Assembly (NCBI GenBank): GCA_024681985.1
Contig: JAIKZU010000112.1
Coordinates: 1-59,116 of the forward strand
Direction of reading: 5' to 3'
Origin: Lachnospiraceae bacterium
Lineage (GTDB): Bacteria > Bacillota > Clostridia > Lachnospirales > Lachnospiraceae
DNA length: 59,116 nt
The notes beneath the pieces are model-generated. The model had not been told where the DNA came from. It made no database searches and saw nothing but the letters and a program-made list of their open reading frames with translations. Position 1 is the first letter of the stretch, and each line of letters opens with the position of its first letter. This document shows positions 36,021-44,985 of the stretch, one piece after another. Made by a program: the position numbers and the translations under genes.

Positions 36021-37157
36021 CTAATCCGCATCAGAGGTGTTGCGCTTCGGACATCCCAAAGACATCCACTTTAAGTATGCGTTCATAAAGGGATCCAATG
36101 CGCCATCCATGACCGCGTCCACATTCCCTGTTTCCTCGCCGGTCCGCAGATCCTTTACCATGGTGTAGGGCTGCATCACATAGGAACGGATCTGGTTACC
36201 CCAGCCGATATCCGTCACTTCTCCGCGGATGCCAGCCTGCTTGGCCGCTTCCTCTTCCTGTTTTAACAGATACAGCTTAGCCTTTAACATCTGCATGGCC
36301 TTGTCTTTGTTCATGTGCTGGGAGCGCTCATTCTGACACTGCACCACGATCCCTGTGGGATAGTGGGTGATACGGATGGCGGAAGAGGTTTTATTGATGT
36401 GCTGGCCGCCTGCTCCGGAAGAGCGGTAGGTATCGATACGGATGTCCTCATCCTTGATCTCCACATCCAGATCCTTTTCAATATCCGGCATCACATCACA
36501 GGAAGCGAAAGAAGTTTGCCGCTTGCCCTGAGCATTAAAGGGAGAGATCCGCACCAAACGATGCACGCCTTTTTCGGATTTCAGATAACCATAGGCATTC
36601 TCGCCGTTTACCTGGAAGGTTACGGACTTGATCCCGGCCTCATCCCCATCGATATAGTCCAAAACATCCAATGAAAATCCATGTCGCTCTGCCCATCTGG
36701 TATACATACGATACAGCATGGAAACCCAGTCACAGGCCTCTGTTCCACCTGCGCCGGAATGGAGGGTCACGATAGCGGATTCCCCGTCATATTCCCCGGA
36801 AAGAAGGGTCTTCATCCGGATGCTTTCATAAGTAGCGGTAAATTCCGCAAAGGCTTCTTGTGCCTCCGTTACGATCTCCGGATCTTCCTCTTCGTTTCCC
36901 AATTCGATGTAGGCTTCGATATCCGCATACATCTCTTCCAAACTGTGGTACACGGCCACGTCATCTTTTAAACTCTTTAACTCCCTGGTCTTTTTGGTAG
37001 ACAGCTCTGCATCATTCCAAAAGTCCGGAGCTTCCATTTCCCGCTCCAGTTCTTCGATACGGTGTCCCTTGTTCTCCAAATCCAGAGATGCTTTCATCTG
37101 CTGCAGAGGCTCCGCATAGGTGCACAACTGCTGCTTCAGCTGATCCAACTCTATCAA
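36021..37157 (-). CDS. prfB: Peptide chain release factor 2, encoded in a single frame
   Basis: 378 aa with SPF (RISPFNAQGKRQTSFA) and GGQ (RSSGAGGQHINKT). The N-terminus is contiguous with no internal UGA. Confidence 0.9.
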   Translation of the reverse strand: MIELDQLKQQLCTYAEPLQQMKASLDLENKGHRIEELEREMEAPDFWNDAELSTKKTRELKSLKDDVAVYHSLEEMYADIEAYIELGNEEEDPEIVTEAQEAFAEFTATYESIRMKTLLSGEYDGESAIVTLHSGAGGTEACDWVSMLYRMYTRWAERHGFSLDVLDYIDGDEAGIKSVTFQVNGENAYGYLKSEKGVHRLVRISPFNAQGKRQTSFASCDVMPDIEKDLDVEIKDEDIRIDTYRSSGAGGQHINKTSSAIRITHYPTGIVVQCQNERSQHMNKDKAMQMLKAKLYLLKQEEEAAKQAGIRGEVTDIGWGNQIRSYVMQPYTMVKDLRTGEETGNVDAVMDGALDPFMNAYLKWMSLGCPKRNTSDAD

Positions 37158-37159
37158 AA

Positions 37160-38401
37160 CTAATTTCCCTTCGACAAAATCTCGATTGCTTTTGCTACCT
37201 GATTATCCTTGTAGTAATCGTACGTGTCGCCTTCTCCGGTATACTCGTACTCAAGCTCCACATCCGGAGAAATGCCCTTTTCATGGATACACTCTCCATC
37301 CGGAGTGTAATAAGCGGCCACCGTCAGCTTCACGGCGCTTCCGTCCGTCAAGGGATATGTATTCTGCACGACACCCTTTCCGTAGGTGGTGGTCCCCACC
37401 AGTGTGGCATAATCATAATCCCGGAGGGCACCGCTGAAGATCTCGGCGGCAGATGCCGTATTTCCGTTGATCAGAACAACTGCCGGCATATCCAGATAGG
37501 TAGCGGCATCAGAAGTGAAGTCCTCTCTTTTTCCGTTGTGGTCCATGAGATACACCGTCGTCCCCTCTCCCAGGAGATAATCATTTATATCCACCACGGA
37601 ATCCACCATTCCGCCGGGATTGTCGCGTACATCGTAGATCATGGACGTCACGCCCTGCTTTTTCAGATCTTCTATCGCCTCAGTGAACTCTCCATAGGTT
37701 CCCTTGGCAAACTCCGTAATGGCCACATAGCCGATCACCGGATCACCCTTTGCGTCATTTAAGACACGATAGTCAACGGAAGGGACCGTAATGGTCCTAC
37801 GGGTCACCTCCACGTCCAGTGTTTCTCTCCCGCGAAGGATCTTAAGACTGACATTGGTCCCCTCATCTCCCCGCACATGGGAAACGAATTCAGACAGTTC
37901 CATCTCGGCGCCCTTGTATTCGTCGGCGGAGATGATGATGTCGCCTTTTAAAAGCCCTGCCTCCTCGGCAGGAGAACCTTCGTATACATTAATGATGGTG
38001 ACCACACCGTTTGTCTTGTTCTGAGATAACACGGCACCGATGCCGGCATAGACGCCGGTGGCATCCACCAAAAATTCACTGTATTCTTCTTTTGTATAAT
38101 ACTGGGAATAGGGGTCTTTGAGTCCCTCTACCATACCTTTTAAGACGCCCTCGGAAAGTTCCTCCGCAGATGCATCCTTATAGTAATATGTTTTGATCAG
38201 AGAATAGATCAAACCCATTTTGGCAGTGGTGTCATCATCCAATACCAGATTGGCAGAACGGAATGTCGTATTGATCAGGATCCCTCCGATCAGTCCGAGT
38301 ATCACCGTTGCTATGAGAAATCCCGTTACCAGTCCTTTTCCGAAAGACCCCTTTTTCTCCTTTACAGCCGGAGTCTGTTCGGTTCTATTATTTTCGTCCA
38401 T
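37160..38401 (-). CDS. S41-family carboxy-terminal processing peptidase with a PDZ domain
   Basis: 413 aa with an N-terminal TM helix, a PDZ segment (GSPAEEAGLLKGDIIIS), and an S41 core (VLINGNTASAAEIFSGAL). Confidence 0.85.
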   Translation of the reverse strand: MDENNRTEQTPAVKEKKGSFGKGLVTGFLIATVILGLIGGILINTTFRSANLVLDDDTTAKMGLIYSLIKTYYYKDASAEELSEGVLKGMVEGLKDPYSQYYTKEEYSEFLVDATGVYAGIGAVLSQNKTNGVVTIINVYEGSPAEEAGLLKGDIIISADEYKGAEMELSEFVSHVRGDEGTNVSLKILRGRETLDVEVTRRTITVPSVDYRVLNDAKGDPVIGYVAITEFAKGTYGEFTEAIEDLKKQGVTSMIYDVRDNPGGMVDSVVDINDYLLGEGTTVYLMDHNGKREDFTSDAATYLDMPAVVLINGNTASAAEIFSGALRDYDYATLVGTTTYGKGVVQNTYPLTDGSAVKLTVAAYYTPDGECIHEKGISPDVELEYEYTGEGDTYDYYKDNQVAKAIEILSKGN

Positions 38402-38402
38402 T

Positions 38403-39311
38403 TTAAACCTTCAAATGCCTCTTTAGTGTGAACCGGCTACCCACAAAACCGATGCCCACACCAAGCACCAGGGAAACCGGGATCAAGATCTGAAATACTT
38501 CATCCACGGGAACAAAGTCCATCATAGAACTCAATACTGCAAATTTTTCCGATACATAGGTCACGATCCTTCCGTACAGGAAGTATAAAAGTGCCAAAGG
38601 TATGGCGGAGCCGATAAAGCCGATGGCGATACCTTCCACGATGAAGGGGGCCCGGACAAACGTGTCTTTTGCACCGATAAGCTTCATGATGGCGATCTCC
38701 TCCTTGCGGACGGAAATACCCACCGTAACCGTATTGCTGATCAAGAACACCGCCACAGCGATCAGCACCACGATGATGGCAATAAATACCAGTGTCAAAA
38801 GGTTATTAAAGTCTGTCAGTACCTCGGCAGCCAGCTCCGACTGCTTTACCTCACGGACTCCGTCGATGCCCTCCAGGTAATCCACCAAAGTCTCCTGCAT
38901 AGACACATCTTCCAGATATACTTCGTAGTTTGCATCGTTGGCCAGGGGATTATCTTCCTCAAAGCTGGCAGCCGCCTCTTCATTCCCTTCAAAATAATCT
39001 TGCTTAAAGGATTCCCACGCTTCCTCTGCAGAAACGAACTTCACACTGGCCACCTCAGGGCGATTCTGGATCTCCGCACCGATGCTGGCGATGCGGTCAT
39101 CGGTAGTGCCCTCGTTAAAGAACACGGTCACTGCCACACCTTCCTCCGCAGACTGCACCATGGAGGAGAAGTTCACTGCCAGGGAATAAAACGTGCCGAA
39201 CAAAAAGATACAGGCTGTCATAGTGGCGATGGATGCCAGCGAAAACATCTTATTGCGCCAGATATTGATGAGACCCTGTCTGAAATTATAGGTAAAGGTA
39301 CTAATCTTCAT
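38403..39311 (-). CDS. ftsX: Cell-division ABC transporter permease-like protein FtsX
   Basis: ATG at 39311 lies 9 nt after GAGGAGG. The sequence [24 protein letters not shown], 4 TM helices and a large extracellular loop match FtsX. It overlaps ftsE by 11 nt. Confidence 0.85.
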   Translation of the reverse strand: MKISTFTYNFRQGLINIWRNKMFSLASIATMTACIFLFGTFYSLAVNFSSMVQSAEEGVAVTVFFNEGTTDDRIASIGAEIQNRPEVASVKFVSAEEAWESFKQDYFEGNEEAAASFEEDNPLANDANYEVYLEDVSMQETLVDYLEGIDGVREVKQSELAAEVLTDFNNLLTLVFIAIIVVLIAVAVFLISNTVTVGISVRKEEIAIMKLIGAKDTFVRAPFIVEGIAIGFIGSAIPLALLYFLYGRIVTYVSEKFAVLSSMMDFVPVDEVFQILIPVSLVLGVGIGFVGSRFTLKRHLKV

Positions 39312-39981
39312 CGCCGGGTTCCTCCTCATCACTTACAATGACACCCTTCTTAATGGTGATGACGCGCTTGTTCATCGCCTTTACGATGTCCATATTATGG
39401 GTAACCACCACGACGGTAGTGCCTCTTTGATTGATCTCATCCAACAGGCGCATGATCTCCCAGGCGTTGTGATTGTCAAGATTTCCCGTAGGCTCGTCCG
39501 CCAAAAGGATCTTCGGCTCATTCACCAGGGCTCTGGCGATGGCCACACGCTGCTGCTCTCCACCGGAAAGCTGTCTGGGGAGGGAGCGATATTTGGCTGC
39601 CAGTCCCACCAAGGACAACATCTGGGGAACCTTCTTTTTGATCTCCCGCTTGGAAGCCTCCGTCACCCGCATGGCAAAGGCCACATTCTCATATACATTT
39701 CGATCCTGCAGCAAGCGGAAATTCTGGAACACCACGCCGATGTTGCGGCGATAGGTGGGGATGTTTTTCCTGGAGATATTCCCGATATCCCTTCCGTTTA
39801 CCATGATCTTACCGTGGGTGGGAGCCAGTTCCTTTTGCAGGAGTTTGATCATAGTGGACTTGCCCGATCCGCTCTTGCCGACGATAAAAACAAATTCCCC
39901 AGGTAAAATGTGCAGGTTCACATCGGTGATGGCCTGCACGCCTGCTTCATATGTCTTGCTGACATGCTCTAACTTAATCAT
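39301..39981 (-). CDS. ftsE: Cell-division ATP-binding protein FtsE
   Basis: Walker [10 protein letters not shown], signature [15 protein letters not shown], Walker [13 protein letters not shown]. Confidence 0.9.
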   Translation of the reverse strand: MIKLEHVSKTYEAGVQAITDVNLHILPGEFVFIVGKSGSGKSTMIKLLQKELAPTHGKIMVNGRDIGNISRKNIPTYRRNIGVVFQNFRLLQDRNVYENVAFAMRVTEASKREIKKKVPQMLSLVGLAAKYRSLPRQLSGGEQQRVAIARALVNEPKILLADEPTGNLDNHNAWEIMRLLDEINQRGTTVVVVTHNMDIVKAMNKRVITIKKGVIVSDEEEPGDED

Positions 39982-40035
39982 ACGCTTACTAAATCTCCTC
40001 TATGCGCTCGTATCCTATAACGATCAGACCTGATA

Positions 40036-41127
40036 TCAGAAGTTCTGGTCTTCCATATATTTCATGTATTCCACCACCATAAGTGCAATCTTAAATGTAA
40101 TGGCATCCTCAAACACCCGAAGATCCAACCCCGTGCTTTTTTGTAATTTATCCAACCGATATACCAGGGTGTTTCGGTGAATATAAAGCTGGCGGGAGGT
40201 CTCGGACACATTCAGACTGTTTTCAAAGAATTTATTGATGGTCACCAGAGTCTCTTCGTCAAACTGATCCGGTGTCTTATTCTCAAAGATCTCCTTTATG
40301 AACATCTTACATAAAGGAATGGGCAGCTGATAGATCAGACGTCCGATACCCAGGACGGAATATGCGATCACATCCTTTTCCCGGAAGAATATCTTTCCAA
40401 CATCAAGCGCCATGGTGGCTTCCTTATAAGAGCGGGACACTTCCTTGATCTCCCCTACGATAGTACCGTATGCGATCCGGGGCGCATCCCCCTCGCTACG
40501 ATCGGAAAAGGCATCCAGGATCACATGGGCCGTTTTTTCCACGTCCTCATAAGATCCTGTGGCTCCCACGTCCTTTACGACGATAATGTTTCTCTCATCC
40601 ACAGCCGTCACGAAATCGGCACTCTTTAAGCCAAACAGGGTACGGATCCGCTCCATCTCGTCTCCCACCTTGTCGTTGCCGACTTCCACTACCAGGACTA
40701 CTCTCCGGGCATCCACGTCCACATGGAGCTTTTTCGCACGATTATAGATATCCACCAGAAGCAAGTTGTCCAAAAGCAGGTTCTTGATGAAATTATCCTT
40801 ATCAAATCGCTCGCGATAGGCTACCAAGAGCTCCTGAATCTGGAATGCAGCGATACGTCCGATGGTGGCGATGTCCGCCCCCTTACCGGAAACCATCACG
40901 ATATATTCCACGTGTCCCTCGTCGGAAACCTTGTAAAAACGCGCTCCTAGAGCCATCAGGCTCTCATCGGAAGAAGCGGAGAACTCATCCACTGCCCCTT
41001 TATAGGATTTCGCATCTGCAGACGTGGTGGCAAGGACACTCCCCTCTGTGTCGAATACCGCAAAATCCATCTGCGTGATCTGCGAAAGACCGTCTACTGT
41101 TTTTTGAAGGATCTGATTCGAAATCAT
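40036..41127 (-). CDS. CdaR/PucR-family transcriptional regulator
   Basis: ATG at 41127 follows GGGGGAAAGAGG. The C-terminal HTH is SETSRQLYIHRNTLVYRLDKLQKSTGLDL. The N-terminus resembles a diacid-recognition-like domain. Confidence 0.75.
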   Translation of the reverse strand: MISNQILQKTVDGLSQITQMDFAVFDTEGSVLATTSADAKSYKGAVDEFSASSDESLMALGARFYKVSDEGHVEYIVMVSGKGADIATIGRIAAFQIQELLVAYRERFDKDNFIKNLLLDNLLLVDIYNRAKKLHVDVDARRVVLVVEVGNDKVGDEMERIRTLFGLKSADFVTAVDERNIIVVKDVGATGSYEDVEKTAHVILDAFSDRSEGDAPRIAYGTIVGEIKEVSRSYKEATMALDVGKIFFREKDVIAYSVLGIGRLIYQLPIPLCKMFIKEIFENKTPDQFDEETLVTINKFFENSLNVSETSRQLYIHRNTLVYRLDKLQKSTGLDLRVFEDAITFKIALMVVEYMKYMEDQNF

Positions 41128-41488
41128 CCTCTTTCCCCCTCTCCCCTCTGTCAGGGCAGATTTTCCCTCAATACTTATACATTTTATACAATCTCGGGTA
41201 ACGGATTTACTGCATATTACCCAACTACAACTCATAGTGTAATATAATTTACCAAAAATTGGAAGTATTTCTTTGGGTTTTTTTATGCAATTTATCCTTA
41301 TTCTAAGTAGGAAAAGGCTCTGTGAATTTGAAATGCACTATTTTTTCCGACAATTCAATATTATGACAATATATTACAGAATTTTTCCGTAATATTACAG
41401 CAGGTGTAATACACTTTTTTTGTCAAAGGTTTTTTATTTATGTCTCTATTTTTATATAATAATCACAAAACATTTGTTTCAAGAATAA

Positions 41489-41516
41489 TGTGAATATCTG
41501 TGGATAATGTGGAAAA
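41489..41516. promoter_or_regulatory. Three abutting DnaA-box-like 9-mers (TGTGAATAT-c-TGTGGATAA-TGTGGAAAA)
   Basis: TGTGGATAA (41499-41507) is the exact reverse complement of the consensus TTATCCACA. The flanking boxes have 2 mismatches and 1 mismatch. Confidence 0.6.
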
Positions 41517-41571
41517 ATCGTTTATAACACATAATTACGTCACTTTTTAATTAGGCTGCGAAATCAATTTC

Positions 41572-41597
41572 TGTGGATAACAGGGAAGTTATCAACG
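41572..41597. promoter_or_regulatory. Second perfect DnaA box (41572-41580) facing a degenerate inverted box TTATCAACG (41589-41597)
   Basis: The sequence reads ctGTGGATAAcagggaagTTATCAACG. Confidence 0.55.
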
Positions 41598-41719
41598 CAT
41601 TAGATCCGCTTTTCTTTTTTTTGTGCAAAATGAAGAAAAGTCAGTTTGCATTTGCATTTTTATTTTTCAGTAATTTTTAACTATGAAGCCAGTCTGTCCA
41701 AAAGCCGAAAATAAAGAAA

Positions 41720-41745
41720 GGGTTCCCGATCATTCTCGGGAACCC
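41720..41745 (-). terminator. Rho-independent terminator of the NlpC/P60 gene
   Basis: GGGTTCCCGA-N6-TCGGGAACCC, followed on the minus strand by TTTCTTTATTTT. Confidence 0.75.
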
Positions 41746-41761
41746 TGTATTATCTTTCCTA

Positions 41762-43051
41762 TTAGAAGATTCGACGTACTGCCAGGATCTGTCGATAGTT
41801 TACATCGGAGTATTTAATACCCGTACGAGGAGTGGATGCATGAACGATCTGACCATTCCCTGCGTAGATGGCAACATGTCCGCTGTAGCAAACGATATCA
41901 CCGGGCTGCATATCCTCCACTCCGACTCCCACGCCGACACTTCTGTCTGCACTGGAAGAATGAGGAAGGTTAACTCCGAAAGCTCCATATACACTCATAA
42001 CAAATCCGGAGCAATCCGTTCCGTTTGTCAGAGAGGATCCACCGTATCTGTAGGGATTTCCAACGAACTGACTGGCATATGCTACAACCGAGCTTCCGTC
42101 TGCTCCTGCAGGAGCTGCATAGGTCTTTGTCTGTGCTGCGGGAGCCGGGGCAGGTTCTGCAGGCTGAGATGAAGTATTTGCGTTTCCATTTGCAGCGGCT
42201 GCTGCTTCCTGAGCGGCTACCGCTTCAGCTGCCTTACGGTCAGCCTCTTCCTCGGCCAAACGTGCCTCTTCCTCTTCCTTGGACTCTGCATATGTATACT
42301 CTGTGGTGATATCCACATAATCAGCGGAAACATAACCCTCGTCACCGTTCTCATCGGTAACCTTGATCCAACCATCTTCTGCGGTGGACTCATCGGTAAC
42401 CGTAAGGCCATCGCCGTTGGGTACCATAGTCACTACTTCGGCATCTGAAGATGCATCGGAGCGAACATAAAGGGCATCCGCATCAACTGTCGCAACTCTG
42501 GTAGAAACCGACTCAGCCAGATCCTCGTCATCAACTACCACATACTCTGATTTAACATAGCCGGTGACATTACCGGATTCGATTTCTAACCAGTCACCTT
42601 CCTGACCTACCACCTTTGCAGCACCGTTATTATAAAGTTTTCCTAAAACTTCACCGTCTTCGGATGCGGCGGAACGTACATTTATATAACTGTCAACCTG
42701 CGCAATGGCGATGTTTGAAAAATCGTCCTGGGCTGTGGTTTCTGTACTCTCCTGGGCAGGGGCTTCAGCAGGTGTCTCCTGTGTATCCCCAAAGGCAACT
42801 GCAACTGCCTCTATATCACTGGATGAAACCTCAACCTTGGAAGTAGCTGTGGTCAGCATCCCTGCCATGGCCAGGTTGATCCCTGAAAGGGTCGTATAAG
42901 ATCCGACTTCTGCGGTGGCTTCCACGTTTGAAGAAAGTGCTGCGGTAGCTCCTGCAAAGGGAGAAGCACTAACGGGTGTCGAAATGGCTCCGACTAAAAC
43001 ACTAGCCGCAAGTGTGTATGACGCAATTTTGATTTTGCGATTACGATTCAT
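41762..43051 (-). CDS. Secreted cell-wall hydrolase with SH3b repeats and a C-terminal NlpC/P60 endopeptidase domain
   Basis: It has a signal peptide and two SH3-like repeats (YINVRSAASEDGEVLGKLYNN.. and LYVRSDASSDAEVV..). The C-terminal NlpC/P60 domain has catalytic DCSGFV and a GHVAIY segment. ATG at 43051 lies 10 nt after AAAGGAG. Confidence 0.85.
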   Translation of the reverse strand: MNRNRKIKIASYTLAASVLVGAISTPVSASPFAGATAALSSNVEATAEVGSYTTLSGINLAMAGMLTTATSKVEVSSSDIEAVAVAFGDTQETPAEAPAQESTETTAQDDFSNIAIAQVDSYINVRSAASEDGEVLGKLYNNGAAKVVGQEGDWLEIESGNVTGYVKSEYVVVDDEDLAESVSTRVATVDADALYVRSDASSDAEVVTMVPNGDGLTVTDESTAEDGWIKVTDENGDEGYVSADYVDITTEYTYAESKEEEEARLAEEEADRKAAEAVAAQEAAAAANGNANTSSQPAEPAPAPAAQTKTYAAPAGADGSSVVAYASQFVGNPYRYGGSSLTNGTDCSGFVMSVYGAFGVNLPHSSSADRSVGVGVGVEDMQPGDIVCYSGHVAIYAGNGQIVHASTPRTGIKYSDVNYRQILAVRRIF

Positions 43052-43084
43052 CGGTATCAAGCTCCTTTTCGCTTCTGTAATAAT

Positions 43085-43111
43085 TGTTACGAATTTGTTA
43101 CAACTTGTTAC
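43085..43111 (+). promoter_or_regulatory. Direct repeats TGTTAC-N5-TGTTAC-N4-TGTTAC (WalR-consensus-like) in the leader of the NlpC/P60 gene
   Basis: 43085-43090 and 43096-43101 match TGTWAH-N5-TGTWAH exactly. A third copy lies at 43106-43111, and TGTAAC lies at 43120-43125. Confidence 0.4.
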
Positions 43112-43117
43112 CGTGTC

Positions 43118-43146
43118 ATTGTAACACCCGGAAACGGGACTGTCAA
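43118..43146 (-). promoter_or_regulatory. Sigma-A promoter of the NlpC/P60 gene
   Basis: On the minus strand: TTGACA, 17 nt, TACAAT. Confidence 0.65.
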
Positions 43147-43212
43147 GCCGCAGTTTTGTGTAGTATTTGTGTCCGTCCGAAATGCAGTCATACAGCTATT
43201 TCTCAGATATTA

Positions 43213-44130
43213 TCATAATGTTACAAGATATTTCTCAATGGAGGTGATGGCATTGGCTCCGTCGGCAGCCGCAGTGATCACCTGGCGAAGCTGCTTGGTA
43301 CGAACATCCCCTGCGGCGTAGATGCCGGGAATGTCTGTTACGCAATCCTCACCGGCAATCAGATACCCGCCCTCATCCTGTTTGGGAAGGCCCTTTATAT
43401 TGGAGACATTGGGTACGATGCCCACTGCCATAAATACGCCGTTTACAGGCAGCTCGCTTTTGTCGCCTGTCTTTTTATTGGAAAGGATCAGCTTTTCCAC
43501 CGCATCCTTACCTACGATCTCATCCACCACCGTATCATAGATGATCTCGATTTTTTCGTTGGCTTTTACCTGGTCCTGCAGGATCTTTGCTCCACGGAAT
43601 TCATCTCTTCGATGGATCAGATATACCTTCGAAGCAAATCTGGAAAGGTAGATAGCATCTTCCAAAGCCACATCTCCACCGCCTACCACAGCAGTGACCT
43701 TATTTCTGAAAAAAGCTCCGTCGCATGTGGCACAATAGGAAACCCCCATACCCGTAAGTTCCTCCTCGCCGGGCACCATCAGTTTGCGATGATCGGCTCC
43801 TGTAGCGATGATCACGGTCTTGGTCTCATATTCCTCACCCTCTACGGTCTTTAACACCTTATGTCCCTCTTTTTCTGCAATCTCCGCCACACGACCGGAA
43901 GCATATTCCACACCCAGAGCGTCCGCATGCTCTTTCATCTTGTCACCCAGGTCAAAGCCGGAGATCTTCGGTAATCCGGGATAATTGTCCACTTCATAGG
44001 TAGATGTGATCTGTCCGCCCGCCATGGGACTGTCCGCCAATACCAACGTAGAGAGACCTGCTCTCTTTCCGTAAATAGCTGCTGCAAGACCTGCCGGTCC
44101 GTTTCCGATCACAATTACATCATAAATCAT
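43213..44130 (-). CDS. trxB: Thioredoxin-disulfide reductase
   Basis: 305 aa with VIVIGNGPAGLAAA and the redox-active CATCDG. Confidence 0.9.
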   Translation of the reverse strand: MIYDVIVIGNGPAGLAAAIYGKRAGLSTLVLADSPMAGGQITSTYEVDNYPGLPKISGFDLGDKMKEHADALGVEYASGRVAEIAEKEGHKVLKTVEGEEYETKTVIIATGADHRKLMVPGEEELTGMGVSYCATCDGAFFRNKVTAVVGGGDVALEDAIYLSRFASKVYLIHRRDEFRGAKILQDQVKANEKIEIIYDTVVDEIVGKDAVEKLILSNKKTGDKSELPVNGVFMAVGIVPNVSNIKGLPKQDEGGYLIAGEDCVTDIPGIYAAGDVRTKQLRQVITAAADGANAITSIEKYLVTL

Positions 44131-44252
44131 ATCCTACCTCTTTTCTCAGTCAAACAACGGGTTTCTTTTTATTTTGTAAAATTAGATTGCGTACAATTTA
44201 ATTATAATTTACACCCGTATTCTTTTTTTGTCAACAGGTCGGGCAAACTTTT

Positions 44253-44786
44253 TTAATCCGCACATAAAAACCTATGACGGATCTCCTTCGGGAGCAGCCT
44301 CGGTAAAAGCAGAAGGGATGCGTACAGGATCGCCGTATTCACCGGGAACATGATCAGCGTCTTTAAGAGACGTGCTGAAAGGATGGCCCAGAATCCCTGG
44401 CCGTACAAGATGGAAAGGTTGATGGTGTTTAAGAAAATGCTCCGTACGACAGTTACGGTAAGTTCCGCCAGGATCGTTCTTGAAACAGTGAGTTTCTTCC
44501 TATAAAAAAAGAAACCGTAGATCACACCTACTACAATACTTGAGATGGTAAACCCGGGGAAATATGCTCCGGTAGGTTTTACCAGATACCCCAGTATATC
44601 TGCTAAAGCTCCGATAACTCCCCCAACAGCCGGGCCAAACATGGCACCGCCTAAGGCAATGGGGATAAACTGAAACCGGATCTCGATCAGCTGGGTCAGG
44701 GGCAGTTTAAAAAAGCCCAATACCGTGGCGATAGCTACCAAAAAAGCAGACACCGTCAAAACTCTTACATCTTTGATTTTTTCCAT
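44253..44786 (-). CDS. folT: ECF transporter S component, folate family
   Basis: 177 aa with 5-6 TM helices and a FolT-like sequence. A THF riboswitch lies directly upstream. Confidence 0.8.
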   Translation of the reverse strand: MEKIKDVRVLTVSAFLVAIATVLGFFKLPLTQLIEIRFQFIPIALGGAMFGPAVGGVIGALADILGYLVKPTGAYFPGFTISSIVVGVIYGFFFYRKKLTVSRTILAELTVTVVRSIFLNTINLSILYGQGFWAILSARLLKTLIMFPVNTAILYASLLLLPRLLPKEIRHRFLCAD

Positions 44787-44793
44787 AATAAAA

Positions 44794-44829
44794 CCTCCTT
44801 ATGTTTTTTCCTACTTCTACATAAGGAGG
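44794..44829 (-). promoter_or_regulatory. Expression platform: hairpin sequestering the folT SD
   Basis: In the minus-strand RNA, CCUCCUUAUG-N16-CAUAAGGAGG forms a perfect 10-bp stem that includes the SD. It is followed by UUUUAUU-AUG. Confidence 0.7.
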
Positions 44830-44847
44830 CTTCTATCTCTTTATGTA

Positions 44848-44949
44848 ACAGCGGGATGCGACGATAAAACCGCAAGCGCTTCTTTTGCTTTTCGTCCGAC
44901 TATCAACTCCCTGTATAATCGGCACTTAACGCTTTACCGTCTACTCTGT
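44848..44949 (-). promoter_or_regulatory. THF (tetrahydrofolate) riboswitch aptamer
   Basis: The minus-strand RNA is ACAGAGUAGACGGUAAAGCGUUAAGUGCCGA...GGGAG...UCGGACGAA...GCGG-UUUUAUCGUC-GCAUCCCGCUGU. It shares AGAGUAGA, GCGUUAAGUG, ACGAA and GCAUCC(C)GCU with the Eubacterium siraeum THF aptamer as I remember it. Compensatory P1, P2 and P3 pairings are present. Confidence 0.85.
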
Positions 44950-44985
44950 ATTTCCAAATTAATATATGCCTAAGCTATGAAATTG

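Noticed and set aside
36021-37157. Programmed +1 frameshift in prfB (RF2).
   Set aside because: The RF2 reading frame is continuous from ATG at 37157. The position where the CUU-UGA-C shift site occurs in many bacteria reads ...ASLDLENK... without a stop. This gene does not use the autoregulatory frameshift.
41629-41679. A 16-aa plus-strand ORF (MKKSQFAFAFLFFSNF) and other tiny ORFs in the AT-rich gap.
   Set aside because: They have no SD. In AT-rich DNA, ORFs of this length are expected by chance.
41128-41761. The AT-rich region with DnaA boxes could be the chromosomal origin (oriC).
   Set aside because: - There is no dnaA or dnaN nearby.
- Genes on both sides stay on the minus strand, so there is no leading-strand switch.
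- I could not identify a DnaA-trio or GC-cluster arrangement next to the boxes.
- I kept it only as a non-origin DnaA-box cluster. A whole-genome GC-skew plot would settle the question.
43061-43117. A c-di-AMP (ydaO-type) riboswitch upstream of the NlpC/P60 hydrolase.
   Set aside because: The predicted leader from the TTGACA/TACAAT promoter is only about 60 nt, far shorter than that aptamer. I see none of its conserved ACGGGGA-type cores.
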